A stretch of 64,000 nucleotides of DNA from an uncultured Bacillales bacterium (GTDB lineage Bacteria > Bacillota_I > Bacilli_A > RFN20 > CAG-826), in contig CAMKPL010000001.1 of NCBI GenBank assembly GCA_946414655.1, forward strand, positions 125,287 through 189,286, read 5' to 3'. The first letter of the stretch is position 1, and the number at the start of each line of letters is the position of its first letter. Positions 32,234 to 45,966 of this stretch are shown here, piece after piece. Below the pieces are notes generated by a model. It searched no databases. It was not told the origin of the DNA and was given only the letters and a program-made list of their open reading frames with translations. The translations under genes were made by a program, and so were the position numbers.

Positions 32234-33907
32234 ATGGAAAAGAAAATCGAACAGAAATTTAATGAATGGCTTAATTCAAGTGCTCTTTCAAAAGAAGAAA
32301 AGCAAGAATTAGAGTCAATCAAAGGAAACGAAAAAGAGATTACCGAAAGATTCGTTGCCGATTTAGAATTTGGTACCGCCGGCTTACGTGGCATTATGTC
32401 TATGGGTAAAAACAGAATGAATCGCCACGTCATTAGACACGCCACTCAAGGGCTTGCAAACTTCTTATTATTAAAAGAAAAGAAACCAAGCGTCGCTATA
32501 GCATATGATTCGAGACTAAATTCCGAACTGTTTGCTCACGAAGCTGCTCGCGTTTTAGCCGCCAACGGAATCAAAGTTCACATTTATCCAAGATTAATGC
32601 CTGTTCCAATGCTTTCCTATGCTGTTAGACAATTAAAAGCCTCAGCTGGTATTGTTGTTACTGCATCACACAACCCAAAGCAATACAATGGATATAAAGT
32701 TTATGGACCAGACGGATGTCAAATGACAACCAGTAATGCCAATGCTGTTTTGGCTGAAATTAACAAAATCGATATGTTCGATGTTAAACTCTCAGAATTC
32801 GAAAATAACCTGCAAATCTCCTATATTTCTAATGATTTGATTGAAAAATACTATCATTCTGTTCTTTCACAATCTATTGAAGGACCAGAAGAATCAGAGC
32901 GCATTTTAAAAATTACATACACACCACTTCATGGCTCTGGTTTTATTCCTGTAACTACTGTTTTAAAACGCGATGGATTTGATTGCGTGGATATTGTTGA
33001 AGAGCAAAAAGACCCAGATGGCAATTTTACAACTTGCCCATATCCAAATCCCGAAATCCAAGAAGCCATGGATCTTGGAATGAAATTAATGCTTAAAAAC
33101 GGAAACGACATTTTGGTTGCAACCGATCCGGATAGTGACAGAGCTGGAGTTGCTGTTAACCAAGATGGAAAAGCAACAATTTTAACTGGTAACGAGATCG
33201 GTATTCTTCTATTTGATTTTATTTATCACGCACGTATAAAACAAAATAAATTACCAAAGAATCCAATTGTGGTTAAATCAATTGTTTCTTCAAGCCTTAT
33301 CAATTTGATGGGCGAAAAATTCGGTGTCAAAGTTATTGATGTCTTAACCGGATTTAAATGGATTGGCGAACAACTCCTTCTACTAGAAGAAAAGCACGAA
33401 GAATATCGTTACATCTTTGGTTTTGAAGAATCATATGGTTATTTAACAAACCCTGAGGTTCGCGATAAGGATGCTGTTAATGCTGTTCTGTTAATTGCAG
33501 AAATGGCGAACTACTATAAGCACAAAGGCTTAACTCTTATCGATCGTTTAAATGAGCTTTACAAAGAATTCGGGCCATACAAAACAAAAACAATTTCTTA
33601 TGAATATCCAGGTTTAGAAGGCCAGGCTCGAATGAAGGAAATCATGAAAACACTTCGAGTCAAATCGTTCTCACTATTCGATGATGTTGTCTCGGTGGGA
33701 GACTTCCAAACAAGCATTGAAAAATACAAGGACCATGAAGAACAAATACATCTTCCAAAGAGCGATGTCTTGAAATTTACATTACCAGAACACGAAACAA
33801 TCATCTTCCGCCCATCTGGAACCGAACCAAAATTAAAAGCCTATATCTTTGCCCAAGAAGGACACATACAGGCTTTAAATCAAAAGTTAGATAAAATCTT
33901 AAAATAA
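32234..33907 (+). CDS. pgm: Phosphoglucomutase/phosphomannomutase
   Basis: FGTAGLRG, phosphoserine loop TASHNP, DPDSDR, GFEESYG, RPSGTEPKLK. Confidence 0.93.
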   Translation: MEKKIEQKFNEWLNSSALSKEEKQELESIKGNEKEITERFVADLEFGTAGLRGIMSMGKNRMNRHVIRHATQGLANFLLLKEKKPSVAIAYDSRLNSELFAHEAARVLAANGIKVHIYPRLMPVPMLSYAVRQLKASAGIVVTASHNPKQYNGYKVYGPDGCQMTTSNANAVLAEINKIDMFDVKLSEFENNLQISYISNDLIEKYYHSVLSQSIEGPEESERILKITYTPLHGSGFIPVTTVLKRDGFDCVDIVEEQKDPDGNFTTCPYPNPEIQEAMDLGMKLMLKNGNDILVATDPDSDRAGVAVNQDGKATILTGNEIGILLFDFIYHARIKQNKLPKNPIVVKSIVSSSLINLMGEKFGVKVIDVLTGFKWIGEQLLLLEEKHEEYRYIFGFEESYGYLTNPEVRDKDAVNAVLLIAEMANYYKHKGLTLIDRLNELYKEFGPYKTKTISYEYPGLEGQARMKEIMKTLRVKSFSLFDDVVSVGDFQTSIEKYKDHEEQIHLPKSDVLKFTLPEHETIIFRPSGTEPKLKAYIFAQEGHIQALNQKLDKILK

Positions 33908-33921
33908 CAGGTAAAACTTAA

Positions 33922-34833
33922 CTATTTTGAAATAAATTTAAGAACATCATCATAAACTTGTTGGTGTTCTTTTTCATTTAAAATTTCATGTCTCATGTGT
34001 GGATAAACATGCAATTCAACATCTTTGATCCCGAGTTTTTGATACTGTTTATAAAGGGCACGTGGTCCTTTTCCGAATGCACCACAAGCATCATCTTCAC
34101 CAGCAATAATAAGAATGTGATTATCTGGCGAAATCTTTTTCAAGAACTTCTTGTTAAATAAACGGGCATTACCTTTTAAAAGTTCGCGGTAGAAAATACG
34201 ACTTGAGCCATAGCCACACATTGGGTCGGCGCAATACTTTTGAACGTTCTCTTCGTTATAACTTAACCAATCATTCGGTGTTTTACGGTCTTTCACGGAT
34301 TTAACGTATGCACCAATCGAGAGTCTTTCCATAAGCTTGGCTTTTTCGAATTGATTCTTCTTAGAACATGTCCATTTTCCAATTTTTGCACCAAACTTAA
34401 AGAGTAGTTTTGCGTTTGGTCCATTTGATCCGCAAATAACAATCTTGTCGGCATCATGCGTGAATCTTTGAACAAAATCTTGAACAATAAACGATCCCAT
34501 AGAATGGCCAAAAACAACAACCGGTAATTTGGTTGTCTTACGAACCTTTCGAACAATATCGTCAACAATTCGAACAGTTTTTGAGAAGAAAGATGAAGGA
34601 ACGATTCCAAGTTTCTTTCCGTTTTCAGAGTTTAAACCTTGACCATAGTGGTCAACACAGAAGACGTTGAAACCGTTTTTATTTAGGAATTGAGCAAAAT
34701 CATCATAACGTTCAGCGTATTCTTCCATACCTGTAACAATAACAACGTTTCCAACAGGTTTTTCAGCACTCCAGGTATAACCACGAAGCACATCTCCGTT
34801 TACTGATTTAATTGAATATAAACTTTTCTTCAT
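33922..34833 (-). CDS. Alpha/beta hydrolase (lysophospholipase/monoglyceride lipase-like)
   Basis: DHYGQG, GHSMGS, MRHEILNE. Confidence 0.88.
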   Translation of the reverse strand: MKKSLYSIKSVNGDVLRGYTWSAEKPVGNVVIVTGMEEYAERYDDFAQFLNKNGFNVFCVDHYGQGLNSENGKKLGIVPSSFFSKTVRIVDDIVRKVRKTTKLPVVVFGHSMGSFIVQDFVQRFTHDADKIVICGSNGPNAKLLFKFGAKIGKWTCSKKNQFEKAKLMERLSIGAYVKSVKDRKTPNDWLSYNEENVQKYCADPMCGYGSSRIFYRELLKGNARLFNKKFLKKISPDNHILIIAGEDDACGAFGKGPRALYKQYQKLGIKDVELHVYPHMRHEILNEKEHQQVYDDVLKFISK

Positions 34834-34838
34834 AATCA

Positions 34839-35858
34839 TTACTCCTCATAACCTCTTGGGTTGTTTCTCTGCCAATTCCAGGAATCACGACAACAATCGA
34901 CAATATTAAATTCAGTTTTGAATCCGATTTCTTTAAACGCTTTATCAGCGTTGGCATAACACTCGGGAATATCTCCTGCTCGACGTGGTGCCACTCGATA
35001 ATTGATTTTTATATTGTTTGCTTTCTCAAATGCATGAACAAGTTCGAAAACAGACGTTCCTACTCCGGTACCAAGGTTATAAATAACTAATCCTGGTTTC
35101 TCTTCTAATTTCTTTAAAGTGAGTAGGTGTCCATGAGCTAAATCAACGACATGAATATAATCTCTAATACAGGTACCGTCTGGGGTATCATAATCATCTC
35201 CAAAAATATTTAAGACAGGAAGTTTCCCAACAGCAACTTGCGTAACATACGGCATTAAATTGTTTGGAATTCCCTGTGGATCTTCACCCATTAATCCGGA
35301 CTTATGAGCTCCAATTGGATTAAAATATCTGAGAATTGCAATGTTATATGACGGATCTTTCTTGGCTAAATCCTGAAGCAAATACTCGATTCTAACTTTA
35401 GTCTCTGCATATGGGTTTGTTGTTTCACCGATTGGATCGGTTTCCACAATTGGAACTTTTTTAGGATTTCCATAAACGGTGGCAGAAGATGAAAACACAA
35501 TATTTTTACATCCATATTTTTCCATTACTTTCAAAAGAACGTTGGTAGAACCAATGTTGTTATCAAAATATAAATCTGGTTTTTGAACAGATTCACCAAC
35601 GGCTTTTAATCCAGCAAAATGAATCACTGCAAAAATATTGTGACTAGCGAAAACTTTATCTAAGGCCTCTTCATCACGAACATCTAATTTGATGAATTCT
35701 GGTCTTTGACCAGTCAACTTTTCAATTCGATTTAATACTTCAACTTTGGCATTACAAAGATTATCAACAATAACGGGCTTATAATTGTTCTCAATAAGTT
35801 GAACAACTGTGTGGGAACCAATATATCCCATTCCACCGGTAACAAGAATTTCTTTCAT
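34839..35858 (-). CDS. galE: UDP-glucose 4-epimerase
   Basis: TGGMGYIGSH, HFAGLKAVGES, SSSATVYG, YAETK, LRYFNP. Confidence 0.97.
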   Translation of the reverse strand: MKEILVTGGMGYIGSHTVVQLIENNYKPVIVDNLCNAKVEVLNRIEKLTGQRPEFIKLDVRDEEALDKVFASHNIFAVIHFAGLKAVGESVQKPDLYFDNNIGSTNVLLKVMEKYGCKNIVFSSSATVYGNPKKVPIVETDPIGETTNPYAETKVRIEYLLQDLAKKDPSYNIAILRYFNPIGAHKSGLMGEDPQGIPNNLMPYVTQVAVGKLPVLNIFGDDYDTPDGTCIRDYIHVVDLAHGHLLTLKKLEEKPGLVIYNLGTGVGTSVFELVHAFEKANNIKINYRVAPRRAGDIPECYANADKAFKEIGFKTEFNIVDCCRDSWNWQRNNPRGYEE

Positions 35859-37288
35859 TATCTATTCTCCAATTCTTTTAAAAGTATTTCAGAAGTCATT
35901 TTTGGATTAACCTTGCCTTGTGTTTTCTTCATAACTTGTCCAACCATAAAGCCAAGTGCGCGGTCTTTTCCTTCTTTATAATCTTTGATTGATTGAGGGT
36001 TTTCATTTAAAACCTCGTTGATCACATTTTTAATAAATGATTCATCGGATATTTGTGATGAAATGCCTAAGATTTGACGAGCTTTTTGAGCATCACACTT
36101 CTCTTCAATCATTTTTCCAAAAATTGCTTTTGCTTGGTTGGAAGAGACTTCATTTTTCTCAATGATTGCTACGAGGCTCACAAGTTGTTCTGGGCTAAGA
36201 GGGAACTCATTAATCGAAACGTTGTTCTTGTTTAAATATGAAAGAACATCGACATTTATCCAGTTAGCTAATGTCTTGTATTGTTTTGTGAGCTTAGCAC
36301 ACTTGTCATAATAAACAGAAATATCTTTGTCACTTACTAACAGTGAAGCATCATATTCATTGAGCTTAAATTCATTTAAATATCGTTCTTTTTTACTTTC
36401 AGCAAGTTCCGGACACGAAGCAATCGCATCATCAACAAACTTATCAGAAAGTCTAATTGGGATAATGTTCGGTTCTGGGAAATACTTATAGTCAACCGAA
36501 TCAGTTTTTAAACGCATGGCGATTGTAGTTTTTGTTTCATCATCATATCGGCGTGTTTCCTGAACCACCTTACCACCGCTTTCAATAATTTCTTTTTGAC
36601 GTTTTACTTCATAGTCAATCGCGTTTTTCACATAAGAAATCGAGTTGATGTTTTTAACTTCAACTTTTGTTCCAAATTGTTTGCTTCCTTCAGGGCGAAT
36701 TGAAACGTTAACGTCACAACGAAGGGAACCTTCTTCCATTTTTCCATCACTGACTTCCGAGAAAACTACGATTGAACGAATGGTTTCAACATATTTCATC
36801 GCTTCTTCTCCAGATCTTATTTCTGGTTTTGAAACAATTTCAATTAACGGTGTTCCAGCACGATTATAGTTCAGTAAGGTAAAGTTCTTAAAGTGAAGTT
36901 GTTTACATGTGTCTTCTTCAATATGAAGACGTTCAATACCAATACGTTTTCTTTGACCATTAACAACGATTTCGAGATAACCCTCAGACCCAATTGGTCT
37001 TCTATCCTGTGTGATTTGATATCCCTTTGGAAGGTCACTATAGAAATAGTTTTTACGGTCAAAATGTAATTCGTGATCAATGTTCATATGTAAAGCATTT
37101 GACACACGTATCGCATAAATTACCGCCTCTTTATTCACCACAGGCATTGTTCCTGGGAATCCTAAATCAAGAGGCGCGGTCTGTGTGTTTGCTTCTTTAC
37201 CATAGGTAACCGGCGCAGAAGAAAACATTTTACTTTTTGTCTTTAATTCAACGTGAATTTCAAGTCCAATAACTGGTTCAAAGTTCAT
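35858..37288 (-). CDS. gatB: Asp/Glu-tRNA amidotransferase subunit B
   Basis: IGLEIHVEL, RKNYFYSDLPKGYQITQ, NRAGTPLIEIVS, LRCDVN. Confidence 0.97.
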   Translation of the reverse strand: MNFEPVIGLEIHVELKTKSKMFSSAPVTYGKEANTQTAPLDLGFPGTMPVVNKEAVIYAIRVSNALHMNIDHELHFDRKNYFYSDLPKGYQITQDRRPIGSEGYLEIVVNGQRKRIGIERLHIEEDTCKQLHFKNFTLLNYNRAGTPLIEIVSKPEIRSGEEAMKYVETIRSIVVFSEVSDGKMEEGSLRCDVNVSIRPEGSKQFGTKVEVKNINSISYVKNAIDYEVKRQKEIIESGGKVVQETRRYDDETKTTIAMRLKTDSVDYKYFPEPNIIPIRLSDKFVDDAIASCPELAESKKERYLNEFKLNEYDASLLVSDKDISVYYDKCAKLTKQYKTLANWINVDVLSYLNKNNVSINEFPLSPEQLVSLVAIIEKNEVSSNQAKAIFGKMIEEKCDAQKARQILGISSQISDESFIKNVINEVLNENPQSIKDYKEGKDRALGFMVGQVMKKTQGKVNPKMTSEILLKELENR

Positions 37289-37290
37289 TG

Positions 37291-38745
37291 TTATTCTCCT
37301 TTCGCCACTAAATTCTTTAATCCGGTATGCTTTTCAAGTTCGAAAGCCATTTGTAAAACTTGTTTATCTTCAAAAGCACGACCAGTGATATTTGCTCCAA
37401 ATGGCATTCCGTCTTTAATGCCGATTGGAAGAGTAATTGATGGAAGTCCAGCAAAATTAGCAATAACTAAATGGTTATCTGCAATTAAATATTCATTAGA
37501 AAGCCGATCACTTGCTTCACCAACCTTTGGAGCAATAGAAGGTGCAGCAGGGCAATAAATGAAGTCATAGTCTTTTAATACTTTGTTCACAGCATCAACA
37601 ATAACGCGTCTATTCTTCTGGGCGCGTAAAAATAAGTCGTTTTGGTTTTCTTTCATTAAAGCGAAATTGCCAATAATAAAGCGTCTCTTAATAAGTTCAC
37701 TAAAACCATTTGTTCGAGCTTGTGTAACAACATCTTCAAACGTTGCACCATTGTAGTAAGGACCAAATTTAATACCATCTAAATTTGCATTGTTTGATGT
37801 TGCTTCGGCACAGGAAATAACGAAATATGTTGGGAATAGTGAAGACAAAATTTTCTCATCAATATCCACATAATCTACAGCAAAACCCGCATCTTTTAGT
37901 GATTTAACAGTTTCGTTAAATTTGTCTAAAACTGTCTTATCAGAGATTGAATTCAAAATGCCTTTTATAACAGCAACTTTTGTTTTTGGATTAATTTTCT
38001 CAATCTCACCTGCATAATCATCAATAGGTCTAACACTTGATGTTGAATCTTTATCATCATGACCAGCCAAAGCATTTAAAACATAGGCGGAATCTTTAAC
38101 GTTTCTTGCGAAGATTCCAACAGTATCTAAAGAAGGCGCAAATGGAAATAATCCATATCTAGAAATCAAAGACCATGTTGGCTTAAATCCAACAAGACCA
38201 GCATAAGAAGCTGGCTTTCTTGTTGAGTCGCCAGTATCGCTTCCAAGAGCAAATGGAACATAACCATCCGCGGTACAAGCAGCAGATCCGCATGAGGATC
38301 CACCAACGAGTCTTTTGTGCGAACGATCATGTGGGTTAAACGTCATGCCCAAATGTCCGCTAGTACCAGTGCCACCCATTGCAAGTTCATCAAGAGTGAC
38401 CTTACCAATGGCAACGGCTTTAGCCTCTTTTAGTTTTTCAACAACAGTAGCATCGTAAACAGGAACATAACCTTTTAAAATATTGCTACTTGCTGTTGTT
38501 GGGATATCCTTTGTTGAAAAGTTATCTTTGATAACAAAAGGAATTCCCCAAAGAGGATTATTTACTTCTGGTTCTTTTAAAGAAGCGGCAAATTCAAGGG
38601 CTTCTTTTTCCATAATATATTCAAAAGCATTATTAGAATCTTTTTTAGCTAAAATTAAAGCTTCTTCAGCAAGTTGAAGAGGGGTAACTTTTTTACTAAC
38701 AAGAAGAGCGTGGAGCTCATCGATCGATAATCCACGGTACGTCAT
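37291..38745 (-). CDS. gatA: Asp/Glu-tRNA amidotransferase subunit A
   Basis: IKDN, GGSSCGS, GSDTGDSTRKPA, SRYGL, SNNANLDG. Confidence 0.95.
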   Translation of the reverse strand: MTYRGLSIDELHALLVSKKVTPLQLAEEALILAKKDSNNAFEYIMEKEALEFAASLKEPEVNNPLWGIPFVIKDNFSTKDIPTTASSNILKGYVPVYDATVVEKLKEAKAVAIGKVTLDELAMGGTGTSGHLGMTFNPHDRSHKRLVGGSSCGSAACTADGYVPFALGSDTGDSTRKPASYAGLVGFKPTWSLISRYGLFPFAPSLDTVGIFARNVKDSAYVLNALAGHDDKDSTSSVRPIDDYAGEIEKINPKTKVAVIKGILNSISDKTVLDKFNETVKSLKDAGFAVDYVDIDEKILSSLFPTYFVISCAEATSNNANLDGIKFGPYYNGATFEDVVTQARTNGFSELIKRRFIIGNFALMKENQNDLFLRAQKNRRVIVDAVNKVLKDYDFIYCPAAPSIAPKVGEASDRLSNEYLIADNHLVIANFAGLPSITLPIGIKDGMPFGANITGRAFEDKQVLQMAFELEKHTGLKNLVAKGE

Positions 38746-39038
38746 AAAACCACCTTTGGCAATTTGATTTGCCCACCAATTTTGTTGTTAGCATTTCTTA
38801 GAGCCTCTTCTCGTGGAAGTGGAGTTGTTGGAACATCTTCTCTCATGACAGACGTTGAAACTTCGAACGGAAAAACCATTTGCTCTGTTTTGTCTAGTTC
38901 TTTGTTTTCTCCAATAATCTTCATTTGAGCGACAACGATGTCGAATTCTTGTAGAAGTGTTTCATATTGCTCTTCGGACATATCAAAAAGTAACCCATGA
39001 GCAGCCTGTTTTAAGATTTCAATATTGTACTCTTTCAT
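38742..39038 (-). CDS. gatC: Asp/Glu-tRNA amidotransferase subunit C
   Basis: MREDV...ALRNA...IKLPKVV; lies between ligA and gatA. Confidence 0.85.
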   Translation of the reverse strand: MKEYNIEILKQAAHGLLFDMSEEQYETLLQEFDIVVAQMKIIGENKELDKTEQMVFPFEVSTSVMREDVPTTPLPREEALRNANNKIGGQIKLPKVVL

Positions 39039-39051
39039 AATGTTAAAAATA

Positions 39052-43247
<4,196 letters not shown>

Positions 43248-43313
43248 AATACTTTAACAACCTATTACTATGTAATATTTTACCAAAAGTATATGTACTT
43301 ATAAAGCATTATT

Positions 43314-43766
43314 TTAACTTAAAAGGGCGAGGACTTCCTTTTCACCATTAGCATATGTAATAACGCAACCGCTTTTAAAATAAACCGCCGTTGGATAACC
43401 AATGATGCAGAAATTGATTTCGTTTAGATTTCCTGTTGGTTGTATCGCGCAAAACTCAAACTCATTTGAGGCTTCACATGCAAAATAATTGTTATGTTTT
43501 AAAATCATTGGAATAACTTTTTCCTTAATGTTTTGACAATGAATGCATGTTCTTGAAAAGAAGTAGACATAAAATTCATTTAAATCTATTAGGGGAATCT
43601 CGTCCCAATAAATAATTTTTTCTTCTAGGTCGTCGTACTCGTAGGATATTTCGATGCTTATATTTACTTTCGAAGACGTTGCCAAAAGAGAGCTGGTGCC
43701 AGATTTTTTTACACAACCAACTAGTGTTAAAGATAATAGACAAACCAATCCAAAATTTTTCTTCAC
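43314..43766 (-). CDS. Putative thioredoxin-fold lipoprotein
   Basis: GTG start, lipobox LVGC, FFSRTCIHC (CxxC), GYPT cis-Pro loop. Confidence 0.7.
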   Translation of the reverse strand: MKKNFGLVCLLSLTLVGCVKKSGTSSLLATSSKVNISIEISYEYDDLEEKIIYWDEIPLIDLNEFYVYFFSRTCIHCQNIKEKVIPMILKHNNYFACEASNEFEFCAIQPTGNLNEINFCIIGYPTAVYFKSGCVITYANGEKEVLALLS

Positions 43767-43822
43767 ACTATCTTTATTCGCAAAAAAAGAGCAAAAGTGT
43801 TCAAAAAATGTAAAATATTTTT

Positions 43823-44725
43823 ATGAAACTGCTTTCGGAAAAGAAAAATATAGGGCAAATCATTGCGCTGATGTCGATGATGGCGGCAATTAATATAATT
43901 GTTTCGGTCATTGCTGCGTTTTCGGTTATAGCTTCTATTTTTCTGATTATTGTTCTTCCGCTCACATCAACAATTGTAGTTTTGACTTGCCCCGAAAAAT
44001 TTTTTCCAATCTATGCTTTTGCAACAATTGGTCTTTCCCTAGTCGCAACAATTTGGAATTTAGATATAACACTATTTTATGTTGTTCCTTCAATTATTAG
44101 TGGATTTGTCTTTGGTTTCTGCATTAAAAAATCAGTTTATTTCGGCTGGTCAATTGTTGTTTCAGCTATTCTTCAAACCGCTATTTCGTTCGCGATTATT
44201 CCGCTAATTAATCTTCTCTTTGAAGTGGATTTTATTAAGGATTTACAGGCGATTTTTAAAATTTACGATGCAATTCCGGGACAAATTTTTGTTTGCTGCG
44301 GCTTCTTTATCATCGCCTTGATTCAATCATTTTTATCCTTTTTTGTTGTTCAATCAGAAATATCAAAAATGCGCTCATTATCTTCAACAAGTGTGACATA
44401 CAAATATTTCAATTTCCTTGGTGTTTGTTTTGTTCTTGCAATCATCCCAATCGCTTTCTTATCGATTGGTGTAGCTTACATTCTGGAACTTCTTTCAATT
44501 ACGATTGCAGGTTTTGTAATTTATGAGTGGTTCAAAAAGAGTCAAAGTAAACAATTAATAATTTCTGCTGCATCACTTTTGTTAAATGTGTTTTTAGTCG
44601 CGATTCTTTACGATATTGTCCCTGATTACTGGGGCATGTTGATGTTTGCGTTTACACCTTTAATTATCTGCTTATTGTCTTTTTGCTATTTCTTATTGAA
44701 GAAAGAGCACGATGATATAAAATAA
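43823..44725 (+). CDS. Multi-pass membrane protein (possibly DUF2232/YybS-like)
   Basis: Many hydrophobic segments; family assignment tentative. Confidence 0.7.
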   Translation: MKLLSEKKNIGQIIALMSMMAAINIIVSVIAAFSVIASIFLIIVLPLTSTIVVLTCPEKFFPIYAFATIGLSLVATIWNLDITLFYVVPSIISGFVFGFCIKKSVYFGWSIVVSAILQTAISFAIIPLINLLFEVDFIKDLQAIFKIYDAIPGQIFVCCGFFIIALIQSFLSFFVVQSEISKMRSLSSTSVTYKYFNFLGVCFVLAIIPIAFLSIGVAYILELLSITIAGFVIYEWFKKSQSKQLIISAASLLLNVFLVAILYDIVPDYWGMLMFAFTPLIICLLSFCYFLLKKEHDDIK

Positions 44726-44729
44726 AATC

Positions 44730-45158
44730 ATGTTAGGGTTCTTAAAAGTATTTGGAAAAGGGGTATTGTACACTATTCTTTTTCCTTTTATTGTTCTAAT
44801 TTTAGCCACTTATACCGTCTACTGTATTTTTCTTTTCATCTTTGAATTTTTCCGCAGTTTAATGCTTTGGATTAAAGGTGGATCTCCTTTTGATGATACG
44901 CCCGAAGATGCTGAAGCAAAACGCATCCTTTTAGCCAAGCAAAACCAGGAAGCAAATGTACAAACTAACGACCAGTACAAAGACGCTCTAATTGCAACGC
45001 TTGCTTCTGCAGTTGCAGCACAATCACAAGCTGCTCAACAAAATACCCAACAACAAGACGTTCCGACTCTTGATGTTTTTCCAACAAATGAATTAGAACA
45101 CGAAGAGCTTTCACAAATTGAACAATATATTGATGAGAAAGGAGATGGCGAGCAATGA
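44730..45158 (+). CDS. Membrane-anchored protein with Gln/acidic C-terminal tail
   Basis: N-terminal hydrophobic stretch; overlaps next gene via ATGA. Confidence 0.75.
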   Translation: MLGFLKVFGKGVLYTILFPFIVLILATYTVYCIFLFIFEFFRSLMLWIKGGSPFDDTPEDAEAKRILLAKQNQEANVQTNDQYKDALIATLASAVAAQSQAAQQNTQQQDVPTLDVFPTNELEHEELSQIEQYIDEKGDGEQ

Positions 45159-45802
45159 TTTTGTATGTCGGAAAAATTTCTGAAGATACCAAAAGATTAT
45201 TAATTGCACTCCTTTTCGCACTCATTATTTTCTTCATTATTGTCGGTTGCATTGGACTCGTCATAAAAAAGGTAATGAAAAAACAAGCCCAGGGCGCAGA
45301 TGACATGATGTATGACGTTATACGCGCAGGCTTATTTAAAAAGAAAGGCGAATTGATTAAATTTGGCATCAAAAAGAATCACGTTGTCTTTTTTAGACAA
45401 GCTTGGAAGCCTTTTATCGTGATGGTTTCTGCATCATTAATTATTGTTCTCTATTGTCTAACAATGAATAACTGGGATGTAAATATTTTTGACTATCATA
45501 ATGAAGGCATCGGAACTTTGTTCCATGTCTTTGATTGGCAGAATGTTCCAAAGACAAAAGTTTTCGGCATTGAGATTATTTCTGATTGGCCACCACTATT
45601 ATCTTCCCCGCATTGGGATTGGTATGCGTGGGGATCTTATGTCTTTGTCCCGTGTATGATTGTTGGACTTATTTGGTTCATGATCTGTGTCCAAGCTTAC
45701 ATTGCTCGTTCATTTAGAATTTTTAGAATAGCAAAAAAGGTGTTCAGCCGTTCAGTTGACGACCTTCCACCTCAAGATAAGCCTGTAGCGCCGATTCAAT
45801 AA
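45155..45802 (+). CDS. Three-TM membrane protein of unknown function
   Basis: SD GGAG; hydrophobic helices; Trp/Pro-rich loop ISDWPPLLSSPHWDW. Confidence 0.78.
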   Translation: MILYVGKISEDTKRLLIALLFALIIFFIIVGCIGLVIKKVMKKQAQGADDMMYDVIRAGLFKKKGELIKFGIKKNHVVFFRQAWKPFIVMVSASLIIVLYCLTMNNWDVNIFDYHNEGIGTLFHVFDWQNVPKTKVFGIEIISDWPPLLSSPHWDWYAWGSYVFVPCMIVGLIWFMICVQAYIARSFRIFRIAKKVFSRSVDDLPPQDKPVAPIQ

Positions 45803-45964
45803 TTACTTTGTAATTAATGTAATTATTTCAGTGATAGCAATCGCTGCTAATAAAATAACAACACCCAAAACAATGCCGAAAATTCTATTTCGGCTTTTTT
45901 GTTTCTTTTGTAAGGCTAATTCTTCCTCACTATAGAAATGTTGAGTAACTTGTTGTTCTTCCAT
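45803..45964 (-). CDS. 53-aa single-TM small protein missed by the ORF track
   Basis: MEEQQVTQHFYSEEELALQKKQKSRNRIFGIVLGVVILLAAIAITEIITLITK; starts 2 nt after the asnS stop and exactly fills the gap. Confidence 0.78.
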   Translation of the reverse strand: MEEQQVTQHFYSEEELALQKKQKSRNRIFGIVLGVVILLAAIAITEIITLITK

Positions 45965-45966
45965 AA

